A program made the position numbers and the translations under genes. From a virus (lineage: Duplodnaviria; Caudoviricetes): 59,569 nucleotides of DNA. The DNA is taken from the IMG/VR virus record IMGVR_UViG_3300034147_000039, positions 1 through 59,569 of that record. The stretch is one strand, 5' to 3'. Below are positions 9,313 through 20,200 of the stretch, in pieces (within the stretch, counting starts at the first letter, position 1; each line of letters opens with the position of its first letter). The notes below the pieces were generated by a model, which did no database searches, was not told the DNA's origin, and worked only from the letters and a program-made list of their open reading frames with translations.

Positions 9313-10043
9313 CTCCACTTATTGTTATGGCGAGGCGAGTTCTAACACAGAACTCCACGACGATCCTAACAGGTCTCGGGGTAAGCGGTACGCTGTCGAC
9401 CGCATATTTGGCAGCACGAGCCTCCTTCACGGCAGCACGAGTAATCGACAAGAGCGAATTTGAGGGAGGCGTATCCGACGAATGGAGGCAGAGACTCAAG
9501 GAACGCTCATTACTCGTCTGGAAGCTATATATTCCAACTGCGGCTTCAGGCGTCATAACGATCGGGTGCATTGTCGCTAGCACTCGTATCGGGGCGAAGC
9601 GGGCCGCAGCCGCATATTCTCTTCTGTCGGTGTCCGAGAAAGCGTTCACCGAGTACAGAGAGAAAGTCGTAGAGCAAATCGGTGTACAGAAGGAGCAAAA
9701 GGTTCGTGACGAGATTGCACAGGATCACGTAACGAATACCCAAACGGTGATTGTATCCGGAGCAGGCACTGTGCAATGTTTCGAGTCGCACACAGGACGA
9801 TATTTTCTCAGCGATATGGAGACAATCCGGAAAGCCGTGAACACAATCAATGCAAAGATGCTTCGTGAAGACGAGGCTACACTCAGCGATTTCTACTACT
9901 TGATAGGGCTTCCATATACGTCATATTCAAGTGGTACTGGGTGGCGTTCAGATAAGTTATTGGAATTGTATTACTCGACGGCATTGAATGACGGTGGAAT
10001 CCCGTGCATAACCTTCGAGTACAACTACGTCAAACCACTCTAA
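9309..10043 (+). CDS. Conserved phage protein (DUF6353-like)
   Basis: 'NSTTILTGLGVSG...AYLAARA...KLYIP...GRYFLSD' pattern; paralogous to 14973. Confidence 0.65.
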   Translation: MTPLIVMARRVLTQNSTTILTGLGVSGTLSTAYLAARASFTAARVIDKSEFEGGVSDEWRQRLKERSLLVWKLYIPTAASGVITIGCIVASTRIGAKRAAAAYSLLSVSEKAFTEYREKVVEQIGVQKEQKVRDEIAQDHVTNTQTVIVSGAGTVQCFESHTGRYFLSDMETIRKAVNTINAKMLREDEATLSDFYYLIGLPYTSYSSGTGWRSDKLLELYYSTALNDGGIPCITFEYNYVKPL

Positions 10044-10074
10044 TCAACCAACGAAAGGTAAAAAGGTCAGTTTA

Positions 10075-10965
10075 ATGTTCGGCCCACTTATTTCCGCCCT
10101 CGCTGTAGGCATAACCACTATTGCTGGTGCTTGCGGCTCAATTACAGTCAATTCAGTCACTCCTGCCGAGACTGCGGCATTCTGTGGAGTGCACCCAGAT
10201 TCGCCCAGCGCGGCTGCAGCTGTCGCATCACTAGCGAATGTTGCTGGTATGGATGCTACGTTTGGTCCATGCATGGCCCCTGGGCCCGCATATTCTCCGT
10301 CTAACAATGACGGTCGGTATGTCGATCCCGACATGTACATGAAGCTCGTCAATCTCAATGCGTCTGTAGGCATGAAGACGTATGTTTACGATGCTCGCAT
10401 GTGGTCGGAAGATCCTGCAATCCGTACGTCTGCCGTCGAGTTCTGGACGCCAGTGTTCGGTTATATTTCAGGATGGGACATGGGTGATGAGTTTGCCCCT
10501 GGGTACGAGATGGATATTCTGGTGGCTCGCTGGAAGATTGTTGAGTCACTTGGAACGGGGATTCTTCCGTTCACGAACCATCTCCCGAATAGGCCGGAAT
10601 ACGGATCTGCGATTGATCGATGGATCTCGCAGATGCCCGATGCGGCTAGGCAGAGGATTAGCTTCGACAGCTATATTCTCGAGGACGCAAAGACACATGC
10701 CATTTGGTACCGTGATCATACGAATAATCTGACGTGCGCTATCAATGCTTTGAAGCATGCCGGTTATGTGATCACTGAAGCTTCCATCGAAGGAGACATG
10801 GCTGAGCTGCGTAAAGTTGGATGCCGCTCATTCTTGATCTTCGGTGGAGATGTCCCGATCGGGACGAACGGATATTTTGGTACCCAATCGTTAGTCGACG
10901 CAAATGGCGCTGCTACATCATGGGCGTTGTCAGTCGAAAAAGGTGCCAGGGTATCTATGATGTAA
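10075..10965 (+). CDS. Exported glycoside-hydrolase-like (TIM barrel) protein, possible lipoprotein
   Basis: Signal peptide ending AGA-C; 'GWDMGDEF' and 'ISFDSY' resemble clan GH-A active-site strands. Confidence 0.5.
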   Translation: MFGPLISALAVGITTIAGACGSITVNSVTPAETAAFCGVHPDSPSAAAAVASLANVAGMDATFGPCMAPGPAYSPSNNDGRYVDPDMYMKLVNLNASVGMKTYVYDARMWSEDPAIRTSAVEFWTPVFGYISGWDMGDEFAPGYEMDILVARWKIVESLGTGILPFTNHLPNRPEYGSAIDRWISQMPDAARQRISFDSYILEDAKTHAIWYRDHTNNLTCAINALKHAGYVITEASIEGDMAELRKVGCRSFLIFGGDVPIGTNGYFGTQSLVDANGAATSWALSVEKGARVSMM

Positions 10966-10988
10966 ACCATCTACAGAGGGAGTCCGTC

Positions 10989-11498
10989 ATGGTTTCTCGT
11001 CGTCGATTGCTCACTGCTGCTCCGTTGGCATTGGCAGCGCCGTTCGTCCTGGATGGTCCTGCTTCGGCAGAGCCTGCAGGACAGCTCGTTGCGTTGCGCT
11101 ATCCGATTCGGGTCTACGATTCGAGAGAGTCGCCTGGCCCGTTCGGATGGAATGGACGGAAGCTTCAACCGCCTGATGTGCCCAACATTTCGGTCGGATA
11201 CGTCGGTGACGGTAATCCGCTCAATGCCGTATTTCTCAACGTGTCTGTGACCGAGACAGAGAGCGCCGGTTATTTGACATTGGTTCCCACAGATCTATCG
11301 GGCGAACGTCCATTGCCGCTCACAAGCAACATCAACTGGTGGCAGGATGGACTGACGCTTGGTAATTCCAGCCTTGTTGCTGTTGGAGGAGAGAGCTCAA
11401 TCGAGATTCATATTCGTGGTGGTTCTGCTGGAAGGCCGCCACGAGCTCACGTGATTCTCGATGTGCAAGGGTTCATTCCTTACAACAGCGGAGTATAA
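10989..11498 (+). CDS. Tat-exported actinobacterial surface-domain protein
   Basis: Twin-arginine SRRRLL and ASA cleavage site; 'P.R..DSR...LNVSVT....GYLT..P...TSNIN...HVILDVQG' domain. Confidence 0.7.
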   Translation: MVSRRRLLTAAPLALAAPFVLDGPASAEPAGQLVALRYPIRVYDSRESPGPFGWNGRKLQPPDVPNISVGYVGDGNPLNAVFLNVSVTETESAGYLTLVPTDLSGERPLPLTSNINWWQDGLTLGNSSLVAVGGESSIEIHIRGGSAGRPPRAHVILDVQGFIPYNSGV

Positions 11499-11537
11499 GT
11501 CAATTCACAAACCAAACAGAAAGTGGGTAAGTAAGCA

Positions 11538-12521
11538 ATGTGGTCATGGAGTTTTGTTTTAATGATCATCTGTGTGCTCGTGTTCGTCGTGGGGCTGATT
11601 TGGCCTCATGTCACGAAGAATGAAGACGACAAGAGCCTCAGCAAGATCATCGTCATCGTCAGCGGATTGTTGGCGGTGGTATTCCTGATCCTCTCGTGTG
11701 CTCGTATCGTCAAGGGCACCGAGGTCGCGGTCAAGGTGACGATGGGTAAGGTCAGTGAAGAACCGATGGATCGAGGTCTTCACTGGGTGGCACCATGGAC
11801 GAATGTGGAGCCGTTCACGACGACCTTCCAAGTACGGGACATCGATATTCCGGTTTCCGGATCCGATGGTGGAACCATGGACGCCAAGGTCAAGGTTCGG
11901 TATCGCATCGTCCTGACAGGAGATTCAGCCACTGCCGACGATCCGGCGTGTTCTGTGGTGGAGCTCTTCAAGACGATCCGGTCAGAGAATCGGTTGGAAG
12001 AATTGGTTATTGACGGTGACACTCGAGACGTTATTCGAACGGCGTTCCGTACTCAGCCGGCGTTCCTTGGTTACACCACCGAGCAGAACGATATCGTCAC
12101 CACAGCCACGGATCGATTGAAGACACGTTGGAATCGTCAGTGCGTCGAGTTGGACAATCTGACAGTCATCGGTCTCGTGCCATCACCGACGGTTCAGGCG
12201 TCTATCGATCAGGCTTTGGCTGCACGTCAGGCCGTCGACAAGGCAGAGCAGGACAAGCTCGCTTCCGCCAAGGCTGCTGACGCAGAGGCATACAAGAAGA
12301 CTGCTGCCGCAGAGGCTGAACTCGCTGCTGCTACGGACTTGGCAAAGGCCAACGACTTGCTCGATGCGTCATTGACCGACAACGTTCTCCGTCGGCTTTA
12401 TATTCTGATGCTTCGAGACACCCAGAACCAGGTGATCTACGTTCCGTCAGACGGTGACCTCGGCTTGGTTCGTGATACAGCGTCCGCACCGACGCCAGCT
12501 CCCGCACAGGAAGGTGGATGA
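11538..12521 (+). CDS. SPFH/band-7 (prohibitin-like) membrane protein
   Basis: Two N-terminal TMs, 'GLHWVAPW', Ala/Glu-rich coiled coil, 'VIYVP' tail. Confidence 0.85.
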   Translation: MWSWSFVLMIICVLVFVVGLIWPHVTKNEDDKSLSKIIVIVSGLLAVVFLILSCARIVKGTEVAVKVTMGKVSEEPMDRGLHWVAPWTNVEPFTTTFQVRDIDIPVSGSDGGTMDAKVKVRYRIVLTGDSATADDPACSVVELFKTIRSENRLEELVIDGDTRDVIRTAFRTQPAFLGYTTEQNDIVTTATDRLKTRWNRQCVELDNLTVIGLVPSPTVQASIDQALAARQAVDKAEQDKLASAKAADAEAYKKTAAAEAELAAATDLAKANDLLDASLTDNVLRRLYILMLRDTQNQVIYVPSDGDLGLVRDTASAPTPAPAQEGG

Positions 12522-12522
12522 A

Positions 12523-12846
12523 ATGAGGATTCGTCGATATTCGTTGCTAGTGGTCGCGTCTCTCACTCTGTCTGGAGTGACGGTCGTTAGTAGTGCTGAC
12601 TCAGCAGAGGCGGCCAAGCGTTATCGATATCGCTGTGAGGTTTCTGGTGGGGGCGATTGGGACGGTCGTGCCCGCACTGGAATGTGGAAGAGGAAAAAGT
12701 CCGATGCTCTAGCCGATGCCACAAATCGTGTTCTTAATCGGCAAGGTTGGATATGGGCTTATAACGAAGTCGGAACGATCAATGTGTGGCACGAAGAGAC
12801 GTGGGAAATTCGAAACGTTACCGTGTCGTGTTGGATAAAGCGCTAA
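12523..12846 (+). CDS. Secreted hypothetical protein
   Basis: Sec-type signal ending AEA. Confidence 0.6.
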   Translation: MRIRRYSLLVVASLTLSGVTVVSSADSAEAAKRYRYRCEVSGGGDWDGRARTGMWKRKKSDALADATNRVLNRQGWIWAYNEVGTINVWHEETWEIRNVTVSCWIKR

Positions 12847-12875
12847 GTCATATTCCCAAGAAAGGACTAATTGTA

Positions 12876-13202
12876 ATGGAATTTTCAGAGGCCAAGGAAT
12901 TGCTAGCCGGTTGCGTCCGGTCGGAGTTACGGGACCATGCATTCGGCGATGCCGAAGTGTTCTGGGAGAAGGACGGTATCGAGGTCGCCAGCGGATATTT
13001 CGGTAGCCAAGCTGACGTGTGGTTCGTGGGTGAGCTCGAGGGCTCATTCGGAGGCGATGAGGCACGTGAGCTTCGTAAGTGTGGAACCGAAGGTCGGATC
13101 GATCGTAACGACGAGATGGGGCCAGACGAGTACGCCGAGGGTGAGATCATGCCCAAGTTGACCAAAGAATTCGTACGAACAGAACTGGAGAGTGGTTGGT
13201 AA
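12876..13202 (+). CDS. Hypothetical protein
   Basis: RBS GAAAGGA. Confidence 0.65.
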   Translation: MEFSEAKELLAGCVRSELRDHAFGDAEVFWEKDGIEVASGYFGSQADVWFVGELEGSFGGDEARELRKCGTEGRIDRNDEMGPDEYAEGEIMPKLTKEFVRTELESGW

Positions 13203-13474
13203 TGTCATTAACGGTCGAGCAAGCAACAGATCTGGTGGATCGTTATATTCGCCGTCGTGACCGGTTTCCTGAGGAGGAGGAACGGGAGGCTTTTCTTGTG
13301 GTCTTGCTCAATTACGGCGACCATCTTACTCGGGTGCATTGCATCAATGGTGAGTGGCAAGGAACGAAGGATGAAATTCCTCCGAAGGACGGACTCCCGC
13401 TCTGTCCGAACGGTCACCCGATGCTCGAGACCGGACCGATATTCCGACTCAGCCTCCTAGCGGAGCCGTTCTAG
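13202..13474 (+). CDS. Hypothetical protein with possible Zn-binding motif
   Basis: TAATG coupling; C...CPNGH. Confidence 0.6.
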   Translation: MSLTVEQATDLVDRYIRRRDRFPEEEEREAFLVVLLNYGDHLTRVHCINGEWQGTKDEIPPKDGLPLCPNGHPMLETGPIFRLSLLAEPF

Positions 13475-13475
13475 T

Positions 13476-13500
13476 TCGCAAGAAAAACAGTCCATATAAT
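13476..13500 (+). promoter_or_regulatory. Promoter motif copy 5
   Basis: TCGCA-AGAAAA-ACA-GTCC-A-TATAAT. Confidence 0.8.
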
Positions 13501-13525
13501 AGGAAACCAACCGAAAGGAAATGTA

Positions 13526-13735
13526 ATGGAGACCGAGAACGTGGAAATCGCGCCTGATGTTCAGGACCGCATGAGCCGTTTCGTCGATGCTGTTGCCAAA
13601 GAAGCCGTCGTGACCATTGTGGTCATCGTCGTCCTCGGAGGCGCCAACATCCTCGGGAAGGAGATCGCGGCCCGCTACAAGCGACGCAAGATGCACATCG
13701 TTCCCGAGATCACAGACATCATCATCGAAGAGTGA
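13526..13735 (+). CDS. Small cassette membrane protein
   Basis: Between promoter copy 5 and terminator; one TM. Confidence 0.7.
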   Translation: METENVEIAPDVQDRMSRFVDAVAKEAVVTIVVIVVLGGANILGKEIAARYKRRKMHIVPEITDIIIEE

Positions 13736-13738
13736 TCC

Positions 13739-13778
13739 AAAAGCCTAGGTCCCGACAAGGGATTTAGGTTTTCTCTTT
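13739..13778 (+). terminator. Intrinsic terminator
   Basis: AAAAGCCTAGGTCCC-GACAA-GGGATTTAGGTTTT. Confidence 0.8.
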
Positions 13779-13806
13779 CTGTCCCGACAAAGCAAAGGAA
13801 AAGCAG

Positions 13807-14304
13807 ATGCTCAAGCGACCAATCACCTACAAGAACTTCAATGACCAGCAAGTGACCCGAGAGGTCTACTTTCATATTTCCCTAGCAGAGATGATCGAGT
13901 TGGAAGCCTCTGTCCCGGGAGGATTTCGAGCTTCTCTGATGAAGATAATTCAGGCAGAGGACTCAGAAGCCATTGTGAATGAGGTCAAACGGTTCATTCT
14001 GATGGCATATGGACAAAAGTCCCAAGACGGGGAATCGTTTGTGAAGAGTGAAGTAGATCGTACTGCGTTTTCACAGACGGCGGCGTATCAAGCGTTGTTT
14101 ATGGAGCTCGCCACGGATGCAGACAAGGCGGCCGATTTCATCAATGGCATTTTCCCGCCCGAGCTCGTGGCTGCTGCACAAGCTGAGCAAGCAAAGACAC
14201 AGATTCAAGTCCCAGCGCCAGTTGTTGATCCGATATTCGGGGCTATGCAAGCAGCGGCAACTGATCGTCCACTTCCATTTCCCCCAGCACCTCCGACGGC
14301 CTAA
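13807..14304 (+). CDS. Conserved phage hypothetical protein
   Basis: 'MLK..ITY..FN....T...YF..S.AE' and 'AYG.KS.DG..F.K' pattern. Confidence 0.75.
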   Translation: MLKRPITYKNFNDQQVTREVYFHISLAEMIELEASVPGGFRASLMKIIQAEDSEAIVNEVKRFILMAYGQKSQDGESFVKSEVDRTAFSQTAAYQALFMELATDADKAADFINGIFPPELVAAAQAEQAKTQIQVPAPVVDPIFGAMQAAATDRPLPFPPAPPTA

Positions 14305-14321
14305 GTAGAAAAGGATAAAAC

Positions 14322-14963
14322 ATGGATGAGTTTCCAAGTAATAGTAAAAATCTAATCGGTACTGGCAGGGAGGAAAAGAAGCCAAAGAAGGAGAAAGATA
14401 TTCAGAAAGTCGTCACGGGAGAGGTGATGCAAAGGAAGACTCCTCTTGGTCGTAAATTCAAAAACGTACTCTTTGGCGGAGAGTTTAAAGGGGCGACCCG
14501 ATATATTGCCATGGACGTTTTGTTGCCGGCGTTTCGGAACATGGTCGTCGATGCTACGACTAAGGGAATCGAGCGGGTTGTCTTCGGTGAGTCGAGTATG
14601 AGACGGACGTATCGTCAGGAGCCACGTTCTCGATATTCGTACAACTCTCCTGTAGAACGGTATGGGTCTCGACCGAGAGCAATGCTACCGGATCAGCCTC
14701 CGCATATTTCACAGTCTCGACGTCGTCAGGATGTTGGTGAGATTATCCTGGCGTCAAAGGCAGATGCGGAAGCCGTTCTTGAAGAGATGATGGACGTCAT
14801 CAATGATTATGACGTCGTGTCCGTTGCGGACCTCAATGCCTGTTTGGGTCGTCCGTCATCATATGTCGATAATAACTGGGGCTGGACTATTCTCAAGCCT
14901 GTCGATATTCGTCAAATCAGGGAGGGCTTCTTGCTCGACCTACCACCAGCAGAAGCAATATAA
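14322..14963 (+). CDS. Conserved phage hypothetical protein
   Basis: 'FPSNS' start and 'Y.VVSVADL...DNNWGW...G..LDLP' end. Confidence 0.75.
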   Translation: MDEFPSNSKNLIGTGREEKKPKKEKDIQKVVTGEVMQRKTPLGRKFKNVLFGGEFKGATRYIAMDVLLPAFRNMVVDATTKGIERVVFGESSMRRTYRQEPRSRYSYNSPVERYGSRPRAMLPDQPPHISQSRRRQDVGEIILASKADAEAVLEEMMDVINDYDVVSVADLNACLGRPSSYVDNNWGWTILKPVDIRQIREGFLLDLPPAEAI

Positions 14964-14972
14964 GGAGAAACA

Positions 14973-15836
14973 ATGAACTTCATTCCGAACAGTGTGACGA
15001 GACTCGTCGGTCGTCATATTCTTACAATGCGAAAGAGCTCACCACAGCTGCTCTTTGCCGGTGGGATCATCGGTGTTGTTGGGAGCACCATTCTGGCGTG
15101 TCGTGCGACATTGAAGCTTAGCGAAACAGTGGACGAAGTTGAGCGTCAGGTCGAGGAAGTAAAGATTCTCAGGTTGGAAGACGACAATCGGCATCAAGAA
15201 TTGATTCGGGTGTACGCCTCTGGTGCCGGCAGCATCATCAAGTTGTATGGGCCGTCCATTGTGATTGGCGGTTTGTCCATCGCTGCCCTCACAGGATCGC
15301 ATGTCACGCTCACTCGTCGTAACACGGCTCTGATGGCCGCATATTCTGCGATCTCCTCGAGCTTCGAAGCGTATCGGGAGCGGGTACGTGCGCAGATTGG
15401 TGTCGATAACGAGCGTGATATTTACCACGCCATAGAGAGTTACGTCGAAGTGGATGGTACAGACGGAAAGAAAAAGGAGCTTGTTCCAGTTATCGATCCG
15501 AACAAGATGTCGCAATACGCTCGTTTCTTCGACGAAGCGTCTCCGAATTGGCAGAAGCATCCGGAATACAATCGGGTCTTCGTTCAGTGTCAGCAGAACT
15601 GGCTGAACGATCTTCTCCAAGCTCGAGGACACGTATTTCTCAATGAGGTCTACGATGCGCTCGGTATCCCGCATAGCCAAGCTGGGGCTGTGGTTGGTTG
15701 GGTTATCGGTAACGGAGACAACTTCATCGATTTCAACATGTTCGATGCATATAATTCAAGGTTCGTCAATGGGATGGAGCGATCCATATTGCTCGATTTC
15801 AATGTCGATGGTGTCATCTGGAATCTACTAGGATAG
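14973..15836 (+). CDS. Conserved phage protein (DUF6353-like)
   Basis: 'K.SPQLLF..GI.G...LACRATLK...YARFFDE...GHVFLNEVYD.LG...LDFNVDG.I'. Confidence 0.75.
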   Translation: MNFIPNSVTRLVGRHILTMRKSSPQLLFAGGIIGVVGSTILACRATLKLSETVDEVERQVEEVKILRLEDDNRHQELIRVYASGAGSIIKLYGPSIVIGGLSIAALTGSHVTLTRRNTALMAAYSAISSSFEAYRERVRAQIGVDNERDIYHAIESYVEVDGTDGKKKELVPVIDPNKMSQYARFFDEASPNWQKHPEYNRVFVQCQQNWLNDLLQARGHVFLNEVYDALGIPHSQAGAVVGWVIGNGDNFIDFNMFDAYNSRFVNGMERSILLDFNVDGVIWNLLG

Positions 15837-15846
15837 GGAGGAAGCA

Positions 15847-16662
15847 ATGGACGTGCAAGTTATTATCCGAAATCGATGGGTGCAAACGGCTGCCATCTCG
15901 GCAGTTAGCACAGCCATCGGTACTGGCCTGGGATATCTCCTAGGTCGTCGTAATGGAAAGAAAAGCATTCAAAAGGCCATTTATGAATCCGTTGAATTGG
16001 CCATGGAGGAGATGAAGCCCAAGAACTTTGCGTTGCGATTTGAGCATCTAGGGGTAGAACCCATAATCAGAGCAGAAGACGTGGTGGCAATCATCGAACC
16101 CGAAGCTTCACTTAAGGGCATGATGCGTGCACAACTCGCCGAAGACGAACCCGAAGAAGTGATCATCATCGAACCGGATGAGGAAGTTGTTGACTTCGCA
16201 GAAGAAGACGATCCGGCCAACAAAAAGTCCGACGGAGACGACACCGAAGAAGAAACTGCGCCGCTTCGAGTAAATGTCTTCACTATTGATGACGGATCCT
16301 GGGACTACGAAGCCGAATTGTCTACTCGAAACGATGTCGAGCCGTATGTCATTCATATAGACGAATTCAAAGACGACGAGATGGGGTTCCACCAGGAGAC
16401 GGTGACGTATTACTCCGGTGACCAAATGATGGGGGATAGTAGGGATAAGCCCATTTATGGTTACCACAAGATAATGGGTGAATTGAAGTTCGGTCATGGT
16501 TCTGGTGACAAGAACGTTGTTTATATCCGCAACGAAAAGATGCGGATGGAGTGGGAAGTTCTACTTCATACTGGAAAGTATGCGCATGAGGTAGAAGGTT
16601 TCTCTGTCGAGCGTGATGACGAGGAACTAAAGCACTCTGTCCCGAAGATGAGACGGGAATAG
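15847..16662 (+). CDS. Acidic membrane-anchored hypothetical protein
   Basis: N-terminal TM; 'PYVI..DEF...TYY..D...VYIRNE'. Confidence 0.7.
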   Translation: MDVQVIIRNRWVQTAAISAVSTAIGTGLGYLLGRRNGKKSIQKAIYESVELAMEEMKPKNFALRFEHLGVEPIIRAEDVVAIIEPEASLKGMMRAQLAEDEPEEVIIIEPDEEVVDFAEEDDPANKKSDGDDTEEETAPLRVNVFTIDDGSWDYEAELSTRNDVEPYVIHIDEFKDDEMGFHQETVTYYSGDQMMGDSRDKPIYGYHKIMGELKFGHGSGDKNVVYIRNEKMRMEWEVLLHTGKYAHEVEGFSVERDDEELKHSVPKMRRE

Positions 16663-16664
16663 TC

Positions 16665-17195
16665 ATGGATGAGCCAATTGAAGAGACATATTTCAAATGG
16701 CTCTACCACAAGGTTGCTTCCGTGGACTTCCCGACGCCGTCCTTGACATATTGGGCGCTGCTTCGGGAACTTCACAATACAGAATTCGTGTGGTTGCTTC
16801 CTGGTGATGACAATCGAGCCGAGGACGGGATCGACGTTAGAAAAGAATTCCTCAATCAAATGCGTTTTGCCAGAGACGAAGAATGGTTGAGGATTCCTTG
16901 TTCAGTACTCGAGATGCTCATCGCCTTTTCTCGAAGGGCCGAATTTCAAACTGACATGCCAGCACGTGAGTGGTTCTGGATATTTATGTCAAACCTTGAG
17001 CTTGAAGAGCTCAATGATGCAGCATCAGGAGTCGACAGAAAGGTGGCAGAAATATTAGACCGTCTCATTTGGAGAACATATCGAAGAGATGGGTATGGGG
17101 GATTGTTTCCGTTGCATCACACAGATCACGATCAAAGAAAGGTTGAGATCTGGTATCAGTTTGCAGAGTACGTCATGGATCAAGGACTGTTCTGA
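16665..17195 (+). CDS. Conserved phage hypothetical protein
   Basis: 'DDNRAEDG...CSVLEMLIA...GGLFP...DQRKVEIWYQ'; directly upstream of polymerase. Confidence 0.75.
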   Translation: MDEPIEETYFKWLYHKVASVDFPTPSLTYWALLRELHNTEFVWLLPGDDNRAEDGIDVRKEFLNQMRFARDEEWLRIPCSVLEMLIAFSRRAEFQTDMPAREWFWIFMSNLELEELNDAASGVDRKVAEILDRLIWRTYRRDGYGGLFPLHHTDHDQRKVEIWYQFAEYVMDQGLF

Positions 17196-17206
17196 TCGGA
17201 GGTGAA

Positions 17207-20200
17207 ATGGATTTCTATACAATTGCTATTGACACGGAGAGCAAGACAGGGCCGTGGGTATATCCTGATTTCACCGTAGGACGTTCCAAGGATCTAATGG
17301 TTCGAGGCCGTTCGTTCTATGCGATATGGGACGAAGCGCAAGGAATGTGGTCGACGGACGAATACGACGTACAACGATTGGTGGACGAAGATCTACATCG
17401 ATTCGCAGAGGAACAGAACGCTAAAGGAAAGCATTACAAAGTAAAGAACCTAAAGTCGTTTAATACGAAGGTTTGGAGCACCTTCAGAGCGTTCATGCAG
17501 AACATCAGTGATAACAGTCACACTCTGGATGAGAAATTGACGTTCGCAAACACCGAAGTAAAGAAGAGTGACTATGCCAGTAAGCGGTTATCATATTCTC
17601 TTGAGCCAGGCAACTGTGACGCATGGAATGAGCTCCTCGGTGTTCTATATTCTGATGAGGAACGGGCTAAGATTGAGTGGGCTATAGGTGCGATCGTGGC
17701 GGGGGATGCCAAGAGGATCCAGAAGTTCCTGGTCTTCTACGGCCCAGCTGGAAGTGGTAAGTCGACTGTCCTGAACATTATTCAGAAGCTTTTCGAGGGA
17801 TACGTGGTGACCTTCGACGCTAAGGCTTTGGGCAGTGGCAGTAACGCTTTCTCTACCGAGGCGTTTCGAACGAATCCGCTTGTGGCGATTCAGCACGACG
17901 GCGACTTGTCGAGAATCGACGATAACACGAAGCTGAACTCGATCATATCTCACGAAGATCTAACGTTGAATGAGAAGTACAAGTCAAGCTATACCTCGAG
18001 GGTGAATGCGTTCTTGTTGATGGGGACTAATCAGCCAATCAAGATCTCCGATGCGAAATCGGGAATGATTCGTCGGTTGATCGACGTGCACCCAACGGGT
18101 GTCACGATCGAGAACGGTCATTATCTTCACCTTCTTAGTCAGATCGATTTTGAATATGGGGCCATTGCGCATCAGTGCCTCATGCGATATAAGTCGATGG
18201 GGAAGAACTTTTATGGAGCCTACCGCCCTGTGGAGATGATGCTCCAGACAGACGTCTTCTATAATTTCATCGAGGCGTGCTATGACATATTCAAGTCGCA
18301 AGATGGCGCAACTCTGAGGCAGGCTTATGGGTTGTACAAGGATTACTGCACAGAGACAGGCATAACAAGGATGCTTCCTCAATACAAGTTCCGTGAGGAA
18401 TTGAGAAACTATTTCGATAAATTCGAAACTCAAGCGATTGTGGACGGGGGAACAGTGCGTAGTTATTATTCTGGCTTCAGACCTCTCGTTACGCCAAGTC
18501 CATTCAAGCCGGTCGATGATGAGGATCTGGAGATGCTGGAGCAGCCGTCGTTCTTCGATCAGTTATATCCTGACCAACCTGCACAGTATGGAAAGGATAG
18601 TGGGTTCCCTGGTAAAAAGTGGGAGAAGGTTACGACGAAGCTGTCGGATCTTGACACGTCTAAGTTGCATTTCGTGCAGATCCCAGAGAATCATATTGTC
18701 ATCGACTTCGATCTAGTTGATGAGGATGGGGAAAAGGACGCTGCATTGAATCTGGCAGCAGCTAGTTTGTGGCCACCGACTTACGCTGAATTCAGTCAAA
18801 GTGGTTCTGGGCTTCATTTGCATTATATTTATAGTGGGAACGTCTATGATCTTGCCGCCGAGTATGATGTCGGCATCGAAGTAAAGACACTTTTGGGAGA
18901 CGCCTCTCTCAGAAGAAAACTCACCAAATGCAATGGTCTCGAAATCGCAACCATAAGCAGCGGTCTGCCAAAGAAGGATAAGCCTGTGCTCGACGTTAAA
19001 AGCATTCAAAGCGAAAAAGGTCTCCGTGCAATGATCGAGCGGAATCTTAGAAAGGAGATCCTTCCCGGCACAAAGCCATCCGTCGATTTCATTCACAAGA
19101 TCCTCGAGGACGCATATCGTGAGGGTCTGCACTACGACGTACGTGACATGAGATCCCAAATCCTCGCTTTCGCTGCAAATAGCACGCATCAGTCAATGTA
19201 TTGTATCAAACTGGTGCAGAAAATGAAGTTCGTGAGTGAAGACGCAATGAAGTCTCCGGGGGAACTTTCGGACAAGCCTCTCGCTTTCTTGGATGTCGAG
19301 GTATACCCCAACCTCTTTGTCGTGTGTTGGAAGTATGAAGGCGAAGCGAATGTCGTAAAGATGATCAACCCAACCTCGCAAGAGATTGAGCCACTCTTTG
19401 GTTTGAGAATCGTCGGGTTCAACAACCGCCGTTACGACAATCATATTCTCTATGCTCGCTGGCTCGGGTGCTCTCTAGAGGAACTGCATCACATCAGTCA
19501 GAAGATCATCGCTGGTGTAGATCAGGTTCTCTACGGAGAAGCTTTCAATCTGTCGTATGCGGATATTTACGACTTCAGCTCAGTGAAGCAGAGCTTGAAG
19601 AAGTTTGAGATCGAGTTGGGGATCCATCACATGGAGCTCGATCTTCCATACAACGAACCAGTACCAGAAGAGAAGTGGCCGTTGGTTGTGGATTATTGCG
19701 CCAATGACGTAATAGCTACCGAGGCAGTCTTTGTGAATCGGAAGCAGGACTTCGTTGCTCGACAGATCCTCGCAGAGCTCTCTGGGTTGTCAGTCAATCA
19801 CACGACTCAGATGCACACAGCGAAGATCATATTTGGAGACGATCGGAATCCACAAAGTCAGTTCGTCTATACGGATCTGAGTAAGGAATTCAAGGGATAC
19901 GAGTTTAACGGAAAGGAGAGCACCTATCGTGGAGAAGTCACCGGTGAAGGTGGTTACGTTTACGCAGAGCCCGGCATATACGAAAACGTGGCAGTTCTGG
20001 ACGTGGCGTCTATGCATCCGACGAGTATCGAGCTGCTCAATCTTTTCGGTCCCTATACAGCCAACTTCTCCGCCCTTAAAGAAGCAAGACTGGCTATTAA
20101 GCATAAGGACTACGAATTGGCCCGTGGTCTACTTGGCGGCAAGCTCGAGCAGTTTCTGGGCGACGATCAAGACGCTGAAGCTCTGGCGTACGCTCTTAAG

